Assembly (NCBI RefSeq): GCF_001194135.2
Contig: NC_068982.1
Coordinates: forward strand, 55,663,070-55,727,069
Length of the DNA stretch: 64,000 nt
Source of the DNA: Octopus bimaculoides
Lineage: Eukaryota
Direction: 5' to 3'
Below the pieces are notes generated by a model. It saw only the letters and a program-made list of their open reading frames with translations. It did no database searches and had not been told where the DNA came from. Each line of letters opens with the position of its first letter. The first letter of the stretch is position 1. The position numbers and the translations under genes are program-made. Positions 10,017 to 21,109 of the stretch are shown piece after piece.

Positions 10017-10910
10017 GATTTGTTTCCTCATAACTTCCAGGAAAATGGATATTTTTTTAATGAAATCTTTTATAAATACGCTGCAGATTACAGTTATATC
10101 AGAGATGAATGTGAAGAATTCTTTCTGAGAGTAGGGTGAGGAGTTTCAGAAAATTCACATGAGTTAGCTTTGTTTCCTTATAACTTTCAGAAAAATGGAT
10201 ATATTTTAATGAAATTTCTTAAAAATACCTTTACAGAGCGTGTAGATTATAATTATATCGGAATTTAATATAAAAACGAAAATTGGTGGACTCGTACACA
10301 TACGCACTAACACACATCACAATTTTTTCAAAAATTTCAAGTTTCATTTTGTAGATATATATGACATGTGTCAGTATGCATGTGTACGAGACCACCAATT
10401 GTTTTACATATGGAATTCTGATATAATCGTAATCTGTACATTCTCTGAGGTATTTGTAGAACATTTCAAAAAAAAAAAAAAAAAAAAAAATTACCCATTT
10501 TTCTGAAAGTAATAACGAAACAAAGTCAACGCATGTGAATTTTCCGAAACTCTTCACTCCACCCTCGGAAAATATTTTTGGTAAATTTTCAGATTAACAC
10601 CCGCATGATTTTCACTAGGGTGTTAGGGTCAGGGTTAGGGTTTTAGGGTTAGGTTTTAGGGTTAGGGTTTAAGGTTAGGGTTTTAGGGTTAGGGTTAAGG
10701 AATTCCGTCCCTAACCCTAAAACCTTAACACTGACCCTAAAACCCTAACCCTAACACCCTAGTGAAAATCGTGCGGGTGTTAATCTGAAAATTTACCATA
10801 TTTTTCACCACAAATTCCGATACAATCGGAATCTATATCATCTGAAGCGAATATATAGAAAATTTCTTTAAAAAATATCCAGTTTTCTGGAAGTTATAAG
10901 GCAACAAAGT
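10017..10910. mobile_element. Large palindromic (fold-back) element with ~300-bp arms centred near 10340, right arm interrupted at 10579-10798
   Basis: aattggtggactcgtacaca (10281-) pairs with tgtgtacgagaccaccaatt (-10400). 10120-10210 pairs with 10490-10578. 10017-10120 pairs with 10805-10910. Confidence 0.75.
10579..10798. mobile_element. 220-bp palindromic MITE-like element with head-to-head TTAGGG/CCCTAA variant arrays
   Basis: TGGTAAATTTTCAGATTAACACCCGCA...CTAGGG arm, TTAGGG-variant array 10617-10697, CCCTAA-variant array 10709-10760, mirror arm ...AATCTGAAAATTTACCA. Flanked by TATTTT at 10573-10578 and 10799-10804. Confidence 0.8.
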
Positions 10911-11510
10911 CGAGGGGGACACTCGTGTAGCTATGCCTCGAATTCCTATATCAACAATACATAATTTGAGGAAAGTCGAAGTCGATACTGTCAGGGATCG
11001 AACTCTGAACCGCGACGCAGCGACTAGCTATCGTATAGTATCAAGTTCAGCGTGGTGTTCGTACGTTATGTTTATAAATACACGTCGGTAACAATAATAA
11101 AGGATAATTTCGTTAGTCTGATTAGCGCATGGTGACCTATTGAAGTTAATAACAACAACAACCATAATTAAACGACAGCGAAACAATAAATAAAACCCAG
11201 GAGATGACAGTCAAATATGTAAGAAAAACTAAAGTTCAACTGTCACCGGTCATCCTGAAAACAGCAGCTATTGTAATCGATATCTGAGAACAAGTGAAAC
11301 TGAGTTCTCCTCTTCTCTCTCTCTCTTCGCTGCATCGTTTTCCGTCGCTGTGCCAATTTGGTGCTTACAACCAGCCTATTCTAGAACATCAGTTTCTTTC
11401 AAGCGAACACCTAGTAGTTCATTCCATCATTCCCACAGTAGGTCTCCCGCAGGCGCTCGCTCTTCAACTTCTACAAAAACATAAATTAAAAAAAAAAACA
11501 CCCAGGAAAA
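10900..11510 (+). promoter_or_regulatory. Probable ARL6IP1 promoter and 5' UTR, CpG-retaining region
   Basis: CpG is visibly frequent from ~10.2 to ~14.5 kb and scarce on both flanks. Pyrimidine tract ttctcctcttctctctctctcttcgc at ~11305-11330 is a possible TSS. No ATG between ~11220 and 11510. Confidence 0.6.
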
Positions 11511-11549
11511 ATGGCGGAAATTTGTGAAAATGAGATGCATGAAGAAAAG
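11511..11549 (+). CDS. ARL6IP1: ARL6IP1 coding exon 1 (MAEICENEMHEEK), phase-0 donor
   Basis: aaaaATGGCG start, 13 open codons, then AAG|GTAAGT at 11550. Preceded by a ~290-nt ATG-free leader in a CpG-rich region. It joins exon 2 in frame and its size matches the short N-terminal exon I recall for vertebrate ARL6IP1 (MAEGDNRSTNLL). Confidence 0.75.
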
Positions 11550-11918
11550 GTAAGTTATAGGGAACTCGTTGCTTTAAAATTCTTTAACTTTCATTCTTTA
11601 AATTTCATAAGTAATTTAAATATTCTACCTTACATATCGACGGTGGTATAATGTTTAGCACTGGTTGCTTTGAGTTATTTTAAGTTGAATTAATCACTAC
11701 GTAAAGTTTGTGCTTGAGAGAGAGAGAAAGAAGAATGAAGAACTTAGCTGTCTGCTAAAAGGCTTGGGAGAGAAAAAATGTAATAATCCGCTTGTTGATA
11801 CCACTTCGTTTTGTTAACCCCCTCTTTTTTTTTTTTTTTAACAACCTGTTTCTTTTTTGACTACTGTGTTTTCTCCGACTTATGTTACAACTTGACTATT
11901 ACTTATGGAACATTCTAA

Positions 11919-11919
<1 letters not shown>

Positions 11920-11961
<42 letters not shown>
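11920..11961. repeat. (TA)n microsatellite
   Basis: Direct observation. Confidence 0.95.
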
Positions 11962-11967
<6 letters not shown>

Positions 11968-13049
11968 AACAGTTTGAAATCCCCGAATAAAATCGTAGGT
12001 AGTTAATGGATTTACAAAATCAAATGATCAAATTGTGTGTATACATATATACAAGCGTTACCTCTTTGTGTACTTAGAGTCGGAATTCCCTTGCTTGTCA
12101 AGGTGTTTGACAATCAAAGAAAATGACTTTATATGCTTTACATACAATCGAACATTAAACATTGATTGAAACGTTAGAAGGTAATTTGTAGGAGAAATAT
12201 TACAGAACACGAAATAAAATTGCCATTAGACAAGAAGTAATGTTTAGAATATGTTTCTATTAATTAAGGAAATGAGTTTTAGATTTTAATTAATCATCAG
12301 TTTAATGATTTGTTTACCTTTTCTCGTCGAAAGGCAATAACATCGATTGCTTTTTTCTTGTTTCCCTCGTAATAACGATATTAATAATTGTTTTTGATAA
12401 TTCTTTCTATCTGTCATAGTAAAGAAATACTGTCTGCAATTATTAAAAGACCAAAGTCTTCATTCTAATAATCCTACAATACCTGATCTTTCAGCCTGTG
12501 TCAGTTGATAATAAACACAAATTAGTTGTCATCAGTCTATGTGGCTTAGCTGTATTTCCCTTTCTTTGACTGCTGCCACTGATAAATCGTTAGAGATGGC
12601 CACAACATTTGTTGTGGTGATTGCTTCATCATAACAGCTGTCTGTTATGAATATCAACAATGATTGATTAACTGGGGGGAATGCTTATCGAAAGCAAATC
12701 GATTCTATAGGAAAATGAAAATAATTTCTTTTAAATATTGAAACTGTATAGCAGCAGGTCACAAGACAGAGATATAATGTTAATAATTTTAAACTTGATG
12801 ATGACGACATTTGAAAGTATTGTTGTAAACAAATAAATGTGTGTATATTATGTTCGAAAGGATACGTTCTATTTTATTATTTTTTTTTGCTCGTTCTCCT
12901 CTCTTTCTATAATTACTTGCCTTCTGGATACGTCTAAGCTATTTATTAATTTCCCCCCCTCAGTTTGGTCAGTTACCAATGAACTAAGAATGTTTACCGT
13001 AACCTGACATTATTCATTTCCGTTCCTACACACACCAGCGCGTAGGTAT

Positions 13050-13106
13050 ATACGTGACACACACATATATATCTATAAATACATGCATACAACATATATA
13101 TATATC

Positions 13107-13174
<68 letters not shown>

Positions 13175-13187
13175 TGTATATATATAC

Positions 13188-13220
<33 letters not shown>

Positions 13221-13318
13221 CACACACACACATATATACATACACGTATATATATATATTTGTATACATACACACATATATATATATATATATAACACGT
13301 ACGTATATGTGTGTGTGT
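13050..13318. repeat. Compound (TA)n/(TATC)n/(CA)n microsatellite
   Basis: Direct observation; it explains the IYIY ORFs. Confidence 0.95.
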
Positions 13319-13430
13319 GACAATAATGTAAAGTATCACTGGAAACCGAGAGGTTAATACAATCGACTGCCCCCTTCCTCAAAATTCGAAGCTTTGTTCC
13401 TCCTTTGTTGGGTATGACGATGGTTTAAAT

Positions 13431-13771
13431 CAGTGGTTCTCAGGCAGCGTCCATATGGCCCCTGATGGTCCATATATAATTTTTGGGGGTCCACTCAACA
13501 AAGTAGTAAAATGGGAATCCACAATAGTATTTTAAAGGGCCCTGAAAAAAAATTTGATTTAGAATGTATTGTAAGAAATAGCTAGGTTTCTTCCTCAAAC
13601 ATTTTACATAGTTCAATTTACGCGAGTTAATGTGTGAAAGACAAAACAAGAATTTTATGAAAAGTTTTTGTAAAACTAGTTTTTAATCATCAAATGGCTA
13701 TAGGGGTCCACCAGAATAAAATAATAATCAAAGGGGTTCATAAGATAAAAAAAAATGGTTGAGAACCCCAG
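13431..13771 (+). mobile_element. hAT/Charlie-like MITE (same family as 6202-6431)
   Basis: cagtggttctcagg ... atggttgagaacccca termini and shared internal sequence. Confidence 0.65.
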
Positions 13772-14039
13772 GATAAAATGAATTGCTAAAAAAAATGTAC
13801 GTCGTCTATAATGAGGCGGTATTTACACGACAAAGTTACGTACTCTTAAAGAATTATGAAAACTTCTATGTTTCATCAGTTGTAACACGAAAATCCAATA
13901 CAAATTATTGATATACTCTACGGTCCTTAAATCAAGGACGGTTTCGAGTAAGTTCCGTAGCCAAGATTTCCAATTAAAATATTCCGCCGGATACATATGT
14001 AAGAAGTAGTAAAACCGAAACAAGGAAGATTAAAGTAAG

Positions 14040-14215
14040 TCGGTGTAAATTAACAAAAGTGAGCCTCAACGTGACTGCTCGACCTGCTGGTTATAGTGAC
14101 CAAACCTCGCTGTAATCACATACTACTGCTTTAAGAATGGAAAGGAAAGACACGATGCATAATGTGGTTCTAGATATGGAGTGTGCGGATAAAAAGACGG
14201 GATGCTTAGTTTAAG
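14040..14215 (+). mobile_element. Interspersed repeat family F (SINE-like); second copy at 23930-24115 (-)
   Basis: ctcgacctgctggttatagtgaccaaacctcgctgtaatcaca... matches the reverse complement of gtaatttgatggcaatttggctgtgatttctagcagg. Confidence 0.5.
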
Positions 14216-14529
14216 AACCAGAGCTTACCTGGGTTGTAAAAACTGAAATATATTTGCACATATATTTTAGAATAGGAGAGCATTATTTCAGTTTCGAAAA
14301 ATGCTTGATTTCTACTGAAATAATTTGTAGAACGCCCCCAACTTTTTGTCAACCCACTCCTGACATGTACATCAAAGGCAGTTTAGCTGCTAGAGTACTT
14401 TCACTATGTGTGGATGTCTTGGAAATAGCGACAAGTTGTTTATTTCACTCAGCCGTGATACTTTTGCTATTCCTGTATTTCGTTGAAACACCAACTTAAC
14501 TCTTTAACCGTTTATATATAAATATACAT

Positions 14530-14654
14530 TTATCTGTCTGTCTATCCATCCGTACGGCTATCTGTCTGTCTAAGTATCTATCTATCTGTCTGTCTAAGTA
14601 TCTATCTATCTGTCTGTCTAAGTATCTATCTATCTGTCTGTCTGTCTGTCTAAG

Positions 14655-14723
<69 letters not shown>

Positions 14724-14758
14724 GTCTATCTGTCTAAGTATCTGTCTATCTGTCTAAG

Positions 14759-14796
<38 letters not shown>

Positions 14797-14850
14797 CACA
14801 CACCCACACACAAACCCACCCACACACAAACCCACCCACACACACACGCA
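14530..14850. repeat. (TATC/TGTC)n with periodic TAAG interruptions, followed by (CA)-rich repeat
   Basis: Direct observation. Confidence 0.95.
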
Positions 14851-15606
14851 CATGCAAAGAGGTTATATTCTGTTAAGAATGTAGTAGAGTACAGTATAAA
14901 GCTTGTCCGCCTTTGGTTGCATAACCAAACACCTGCAAACCTGGAAACAATTGTAGTGATCACAAATAAATACCCAACTGAACTCCTTTTTGTTGACTCT
15001 AACTTATTCTCTCTTTTACTCTTTTACTTGTTTCAGTTAGTTGACTGCGGTCATTCAATTATATATGTATAAAATATATATTTGTATATTTCATTATAAG
15101 AGGAACAACATTGTATTTTCTTCAGTTAAACTCTTTCAATTCAGTTTACCACAAGTAATTAACTATAAAATTGAATATTATCACCTGCAGATTTTCTTAC
15201 TAGTAATATGATTAATAATATTGCTCTTGCAGTCAAAATTTTAAATGAATAAAGGCTATTGTTATAGCTATTATAAGTTTAGATAAATGAAGGAAATATT
15301 GTTCTTATACAGCAAAGAAATTTTTTTTTGGCCAGTACCCAATCACACTGAGATCAATCACAGTGATTTTATGTTACAGAACAAGGAAATCTATGAAATA
15401 ATTACAGAACATAGCTAGACAAACTGAAAGCTAAAGAGCAAAAGTGAAAGTTAATAAATAACTTATGGAAAGTCCCTTGAGAAAGTAAGAACTACTTTTG
15501 CGAAAGTCAAAATAATAATCCTAGATCACATTTAGTTTGAATGAACATTCCTGCAGATGATGTTTTAAGATCCGTAATGGACTATAATTCTAATTTCAAA
15601 ATACAT

Positions 15607-15942
15607 AGGGGCAGGCATGGCTGTGTAGTAAGAAGTTTGCCTTCCAACCACATGGCAAGTGTCTTCTGCTGGAGCCCTGGATTGACCAAAGACTTATGAG
15701 TGGATTTGGTGGATGGAAACTGAAAGAAGTTCATTGTATCATCATCATCATACATCTATTTTCCATACTGACATGGGTTGGATGTCTTGACAGAAGCTGG
15801 CAAGTCAAAGGACTGCACTAAGCTCCACTATCTGTTTTGTCATAGTAGAAGACTCTTGCCCAAGGAGCCACGCTGTGGTACTGAACCCAGAACCATGTGG
15901 TTGGGAAGTAAGCTTCTTACCACACCGCGATGCTTGCACCAT
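15607..15942. mobile_element. Composite: SINE B head (+), family C tail (-), SINE B head (-)
   Basis: ggcaggcatggctgtgtagtaagaag at ~15610 and cttcttaccacaccgcgatgcttgcacc at ~15915-15941. Confidence 0.7.
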
Positions 15943-17234
15943 ATATATATATCTGTGTGCAATAGGTCAGATGTACTTTGAAGAAGTATTTACACAGCTT
16001 TATGTTCTTCCTAATAGTGATCATAAAACTCTTAATTGCAGGTGTTAACTGAGAGACTGCATAATGCCAGTGGCCAGATTTCAACTCTTTTGCTCTAGTC
16101 CTAAATTCTTAAGCTGGGTGTGGTGGAATTCAGAATTCTGGGGGAAATTGCTTTTTGAAAAACAAAATTTTAATATTATTTGTAATGTTTTTGGTAGATT
16201 TATTTTCTTTAATGTTGATTTTTTTTTATTAACCCTTTAACCTCAAAATTAAATTTCATGACCATTCCAATAATGATGTTAAATATCAAACAAAAAATAG
16301 AATTGGTATTTTCTGCAAGTCATGTTGTCTCAATAAACTCGAAGCATCTAAACAAAAAAATAGTTTCAAACATGACCTTCCTCAACAAAAGATAGACCGG
16401 TATATAAAGCTGTTTTCTGCAGTTAAGGATAATGAAATTTTGAGTGGATATATCTAATTTCTGCAGTAAATGAGTTAAGATTGTTAATGTCATGCAATAA
16501 ATTGTATTGTGTACTAGACTGTATTGTGTGGGAGGAAATTGAGATGGTAAATTGGTAAATGGTGGGATACAGAAACAATAAACAATAAAAGGATAAGAAA
16601 CACTGCTCTAAGCCATTATACAACTCTTCCACATCTCTACCTGTAAAATGTGCCACCTATACTCTTAACAATTTCAAACTATTCTCTTATGTTAAAAAAA
16701 AAAGTAAAAGTATTTATAAGTGATCTAACATTTTGTAACTTGAATAGCAAACCACATTACTGTTAGCAAGTTGGAGTTAAATCTTACTGTTTATGGTAAA
16801 TGATACCTAAGATCAGGCAGCTTACTTCCTATATAACTCTGTTTGCCTGTAACTTGTATGTGTTACTTGTGTGTGTGTGGTTTTTGCTTTTCTAGCAGAC
16901 TTGATGCCATCCTATCTTTTGCCTAATCATTAATTTTCTCACCTGGTCTCCGTACTTACCTGGTGTATTACCATCCACAGAAACTGCTGTGTTGTAGGGA
17001 AGCAGAGAGAGAGAGAGAGAGAGACTTCCACACAAGATTACTTATATCAAATTACACTTGCAAATAAAGCATGACAGCATGTATACCAGATCTATTTATA
17101 TATGCTTTAGAGAATTGCAAATAAGCATGACAAGTATACCACATTTATTTATATTTGTTTAACAGAATGGAGTGCATTTATAATAAGACACCAAGCACAA
17201 TTTGAAATTGGATGTAAATGTGCATTCTTTTTAA

Positions 17235-17468
17235 TTAACCCCTTTGTCACTAACTCATCTGTGACTGCCACTGTTTCTATGATAGAAACTTCCTGTTTTT
17301 AAGTAATCAAAGTTAAAACCTTCCATCAAAATTTCATGTTAACTTATATTCCGAACAGCATCTTCATAATAACGGATTTTTAAAAATTAAAACTCTTCAT
17401 TGTTTCAGAAGTAATTGAAAAAAAAAAAAACCTGTATTTCAACAGAAATGTGGTAACAAAGGGGTTAA
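17235..17468. mobile_element. piggyBac-type MITE (TTAA TSD); opposite-orientation copies at 29975-30216 and (partial) 24175-24340
   Basis: ttaacccctttgtcac ... gtaacaaaggggttaa termini. Internal sequence is homologous to the reverse complement of 29975-30216. Confidence 0.8.
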
Positions 17469-17770
17469 CAACGAATCAGTAAACTCAGCTTTATTGATTT
17501 AATTATTATTGAATCTTTATTAGTATCTCTTTATCCTTTTCATTTTCTATTCTTAATTTTAATTACGGCATTCAATGTTAAAAAGAAGGCAAACTAATTT
17601 GAATAAGTTTATCAAAAATAACTAGATCATTAAGAAGCCACTTATGGGAATAATTTTTCTCATTCTTTTTTTTCATTTATCATATATTAATATCATTTAG
17701 GAAAATTCTTTTTCATAGTTCATGATCAGCATGTTTCTTATTTTTCTTCAAATCATGTTAAAATCTGTTT

Positions 17771-17830
<60 letters not shown>

Positions 17831-18419
17831 NNNNNNNNNNNNNNNNNNNNNNNNNNNNNNNNNNNNNNNNNNNNNNNNNNNNNNNNNNNNNNNNNNNNNN
17901 NNNNNNNNNNNNNNNNNNNNNNNNNNNNNNNNNNNNNNNNNNNNNNNNNNNNNNNNNNNNNNNNNNNNNNNNNNNNNNNNNNNNNNNNNNNNNNNNNNNN
18001 NNNNNNNNNNNNNNNNNNNNNNNNNNNNNNNNNNNNNNNNNNNNNNNNNNNNNNNNNNNNNNNNNNNNNNNNNNNNNNNNNNNNNNNNNNNNNNNNNNNN
18101 NNNNNNNNNNNNNNNNNNNNNNNNNNNNNNNNNNNNNNNNNNNNNNNNNNNNNNNNNNNNNNNNNNNNNNNNNNNNNNNNNNNNNNNNNNNNNNNNNNNN
18201 NNNNNNNNNNNNNNNNNNNNNNNNNNNNNNNNNNNNNNNNNNNNNNNNNNNNNNNNNNNNNNNNNNNNNNNNNNNNNNNNNNNNNNNNNNNNNNNNNNNN
18301 NNNNNNNNNNNNNNNNNNNNNNNNNNNNNNNNNNNNNNNNNNNNNNNNNNNNNNNNNNNNNNNNNNNNNNNNNNNNNNNNNNNNNNNNNNNNNNNNNNNN
18401 NNNNNNNNNNNNNNATATA

Positions 18420-18800
18420 TATAGTGCCCCTGAACTGGCTCTTGTGCGGGGCCGTCGTAGGATTTTCGAGCGAGATCGTTGCAGGTGCCCCTGGACTGGC
18501 TCTTGTGTGGGTGACACATGAGGTTTTTCGAGTGAGATGAGCGTGGCCGTTGCCAGTACCGCCTGACTGGCCTTCGTGCGGGTGACACGTAAAAGCACCC
18601 ACTACACTCTCTGAGTGGTTGGCATTAGGAAGGGCATCCAGCTGTAGAAACTCTGCCAAATCAGATTGGAGCCTGGTGTAGCCATCTGGTTTCACCAGTC
18701 CTCAGTCAAATCGTCCAACCCATGCTAGCATGGAAAGCGGACGTTAAACAACGACGACACCATCCAACCCATGCCATCATGGAAGATGGATGTTAAATGA
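18420..18800 (+). mobile_element. Family C retroelement 3' end with internal GC-rich tandem units
   Basis: Repeated ctggactggctcttgtg units, then aaaagcacccactacactct...ggttggcattaggaagggcatccagctgtagaaac...ggacgttaaa. Little CpG decay. Confidence 0.8.
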
Positions 18801-18903
18801 CGATTATGATGATATATTTATATACATACACGCACACACACACATATATATATATATGTATATATAATTGTTTACTTTATACAAACACACACACATGCAG
18901 ACA

Positions 18904-19112
18904 TTTTAGGAAGTTAATTGTGATGGCTGGTCATAGAGTGACCATTGGTTTCACACCTGTAAAATACTTAGCCTTACTGGTGACTAGTCAGACTCAAATG
19001 ACTGAAGAAGCATGCTCCTTCAGCCATTTCAGTCTGATGAGTTACTAAGTGCTTTATAGGTGTGAAACCAATGGTCACTCTATGACCAACCATAACAATT
19101 AAATTCCTAAAA
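18904..19112. mobile_element. Fold-back element, almost entirely one hairpin
   Basis: ttttaggaagttaattgtgatggctggtcatagagtgaccattggtttcacacctgtaaaatacttag pairs with ctaagtgctttataggtgtgaaaccaatggtcactctatgaccaaccataacaattaaattcctaaaa. Inner tcagactcaaatgactgaagaagc pairs with gctccttcagccatttcagtctga. Confidence 0.9.
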
Positions 19113-19251
19113 AAATATATTATTGCTCTAATTGCGCTTCTCTTTCGGATATATGAACTACTGATGATGTACACACACAGACACACACATATACATATAT
19201 GTTATATTTTATACACATACACATCTTAAATGATGAGGATTATGATGATGA

Positions 19252-19282
<31 letters not shown>

Positions 19283-19722
19283 NNNNNNNNNNNNNNNNNN
19301 NNNNNNNNNNNNNNNNNNNNNNNNNNNNNNNNNNNNNNNNNNNNNNNNNNNNNNNNNNNNNNNNNNNNNNNNNNNNNNNNNNNNNNNNNNNNNNNNNNNN
19401 NNNNNNNNNNNNNNNNNNNNNNNNNNNNNNNNNNNNNNNNNNNNNNNNNNNNNNNNNNNNNNNNNNNNNNNNNNNNNNNNNNNNNNNNNNNNNNNNNNNN
19501 NNNNNNNNNNNNNNNNNNNNNNNNNNNNNNNNNNNNNNNNNNNNNNNNNNNNNNNNNNNNNNNNNNNNNNNNNNNNNNNNNNNNNNNNNNNNNNNNNNNN
19601 NNNNNNNNNNNNNNNNNNNNNNNNNNNNNNNNNNNNNNNNNNNNNNNNNNNNNNNNNNNNNNNNNNNNNNNNNNNNNNNNNNNNNNNNNNNNNNNNNNNN
19701 NNNNNNNNNNNNNNNNNNNNNN

Positions 19723-19762
<40 letters not shown>

Positions 19763-19867
19763 CACACACATACGTAATTGTATATTTTACACTCACACAC
19801 ACATATATATTTTATGCACAAACATACATATCTTAAATGATGATATATATATATATATATATATATA

Positions 19868-20745
19868 TACTAGCTGACATACCTGATAATTCCTGGGACA
19901 GCAGGTTTTATCTCTATGTTCCATTCTCATAATTGTTTTGTTAATCCAATAACAACAATACAAGTATGTAGCCCTTAAAACGGTTTTTGTGCATTTACAG
20001 AGAATACCCAACTGTCTTACACAGGATCTTGTTTTTAGGAATTCCCAATAAGTTATGAATACCCAAATTGTGAAGTCAGTTTTGTAATAACATGAAATTA
20101 ATTACCTGATGTAAGAATTCAAATAAAGTAGCCCTGAAAAGGGCTCTAATGTGTTCCCAGAGTATATAGAACTTAGGAGGAAATACTAATAAGGTATGTA
20201 TACTAAAATCGTGAAGCATGTTACATAATAACAGGCTAATCAGATATGAGATAATAACATTTCAAAGTAAATAACTCTGAAAAGCGCTTTTGTGCGTTCC
20301 TGAGAATATTACCCTCAGCGGTGCTAGTGTTGCTATATTTGTAAATAAGTCACTAACTGATATAAGTGGATCTATTGTTTAGGAAAATTCTATTTACTTA
20401 TTTAAGGGTTGTACTGGATAAATTGTGAAAATAGCTCTAACAGTTCAAATACTAAGAAATAGGCATACTCAATTTGATTTATATCAAATAATTTAAGAAA
20501 ATGGATGGGCTATTTCCCTTGGCTGTAAAAATATATTAGATATATATAAGGATCACTTCCAGGAGCCCTCATCGATTTTTTCAACAATTTTCATGCCATG
20601 AGGTTTCCAGACATGAGTTCTACTCATATGTCAAGTTTCATCAAAATTGATAAAATGATGTAGGAGGAGTTAGCTAACAACTCCACAAACACACCCACAG
20701 ACAGAATTTCCCACATATGTAGTAGATATATAGACATGCATACAT
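19868..20745 (+). mobile_element. Helitron/Helentron-like non-autonomous element
   Basis: Begins tatactagctgacatacctg in a (TA)n run and ends ...caagtttcatcaaaattg...taggaggagttagc...(CA)...acagacagaatttccc...agtagat, the usual Lep1/DINE-1-like end pattern. Confidence 0.5.
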
Positions 20746-21109
20746 AATTGTATATATAACACNNNNNNNNNNNNNNNNNNNNNNNNNNNNNNNNNNNNNN
20801 NNNNNNNNNNNNNNNNNNNNNNNNNNNNNNNNNNNNNNNNNNNNNNNNNNNNNNNNNNNNNNNNNNNNNNNNNNNNNNNNNNNNNNNNNNNNNNNNNNNN
20901 NNNNNNNNNNNNNNNNNNNNNNNNNNNNNNNNNNNNNNNNNNNNNNNNNNNNNNNNNNNNNNNNNNNNNNNNNNNNNNNNNNNNNNNNNNNNNNNNNNNN
21001 NNNNNNNNNNNNNNNNNNNNNNNNNNNNNNNNNNNNNNNNNNNNNNNNNNNNNNNNNNNNNNNNNATATATATATATATATAAAACATTCCTTCATATCA
21101 TACTTTAAC

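Noticed and set aside
10617-10760. Ancestral telomere-telomere fusion site
   Set aside because: The arrays are short and degenerate, and they are enclosed by mirror-image unique arms with a candidate TSD. That fits a palindromic insertion better than a chromosome fusion.
10985-11030. B-box-like GAGTTCGATCCC on the minus strand near the promoter
   Set aside because: No clear A box or tRNA fold; likely a decayed SINE head or chance.
13054-13320. IYIY/HTHT/VCVC ORFs (also 21201-21747, 35985-36414, 52348-52640, 63223-63721)
   Set aside because: Translations of (TA)n/(CA)n microsatellites.
17722-18695. Long ORFs spanning N gaps (also 19199-19877, 20624-21204, 27574-28060, 38916-39729, 44832-45980)
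   Set aside because: They are open only because N runs contain no stop codons; the flanks are microsatellites and SINE tails.
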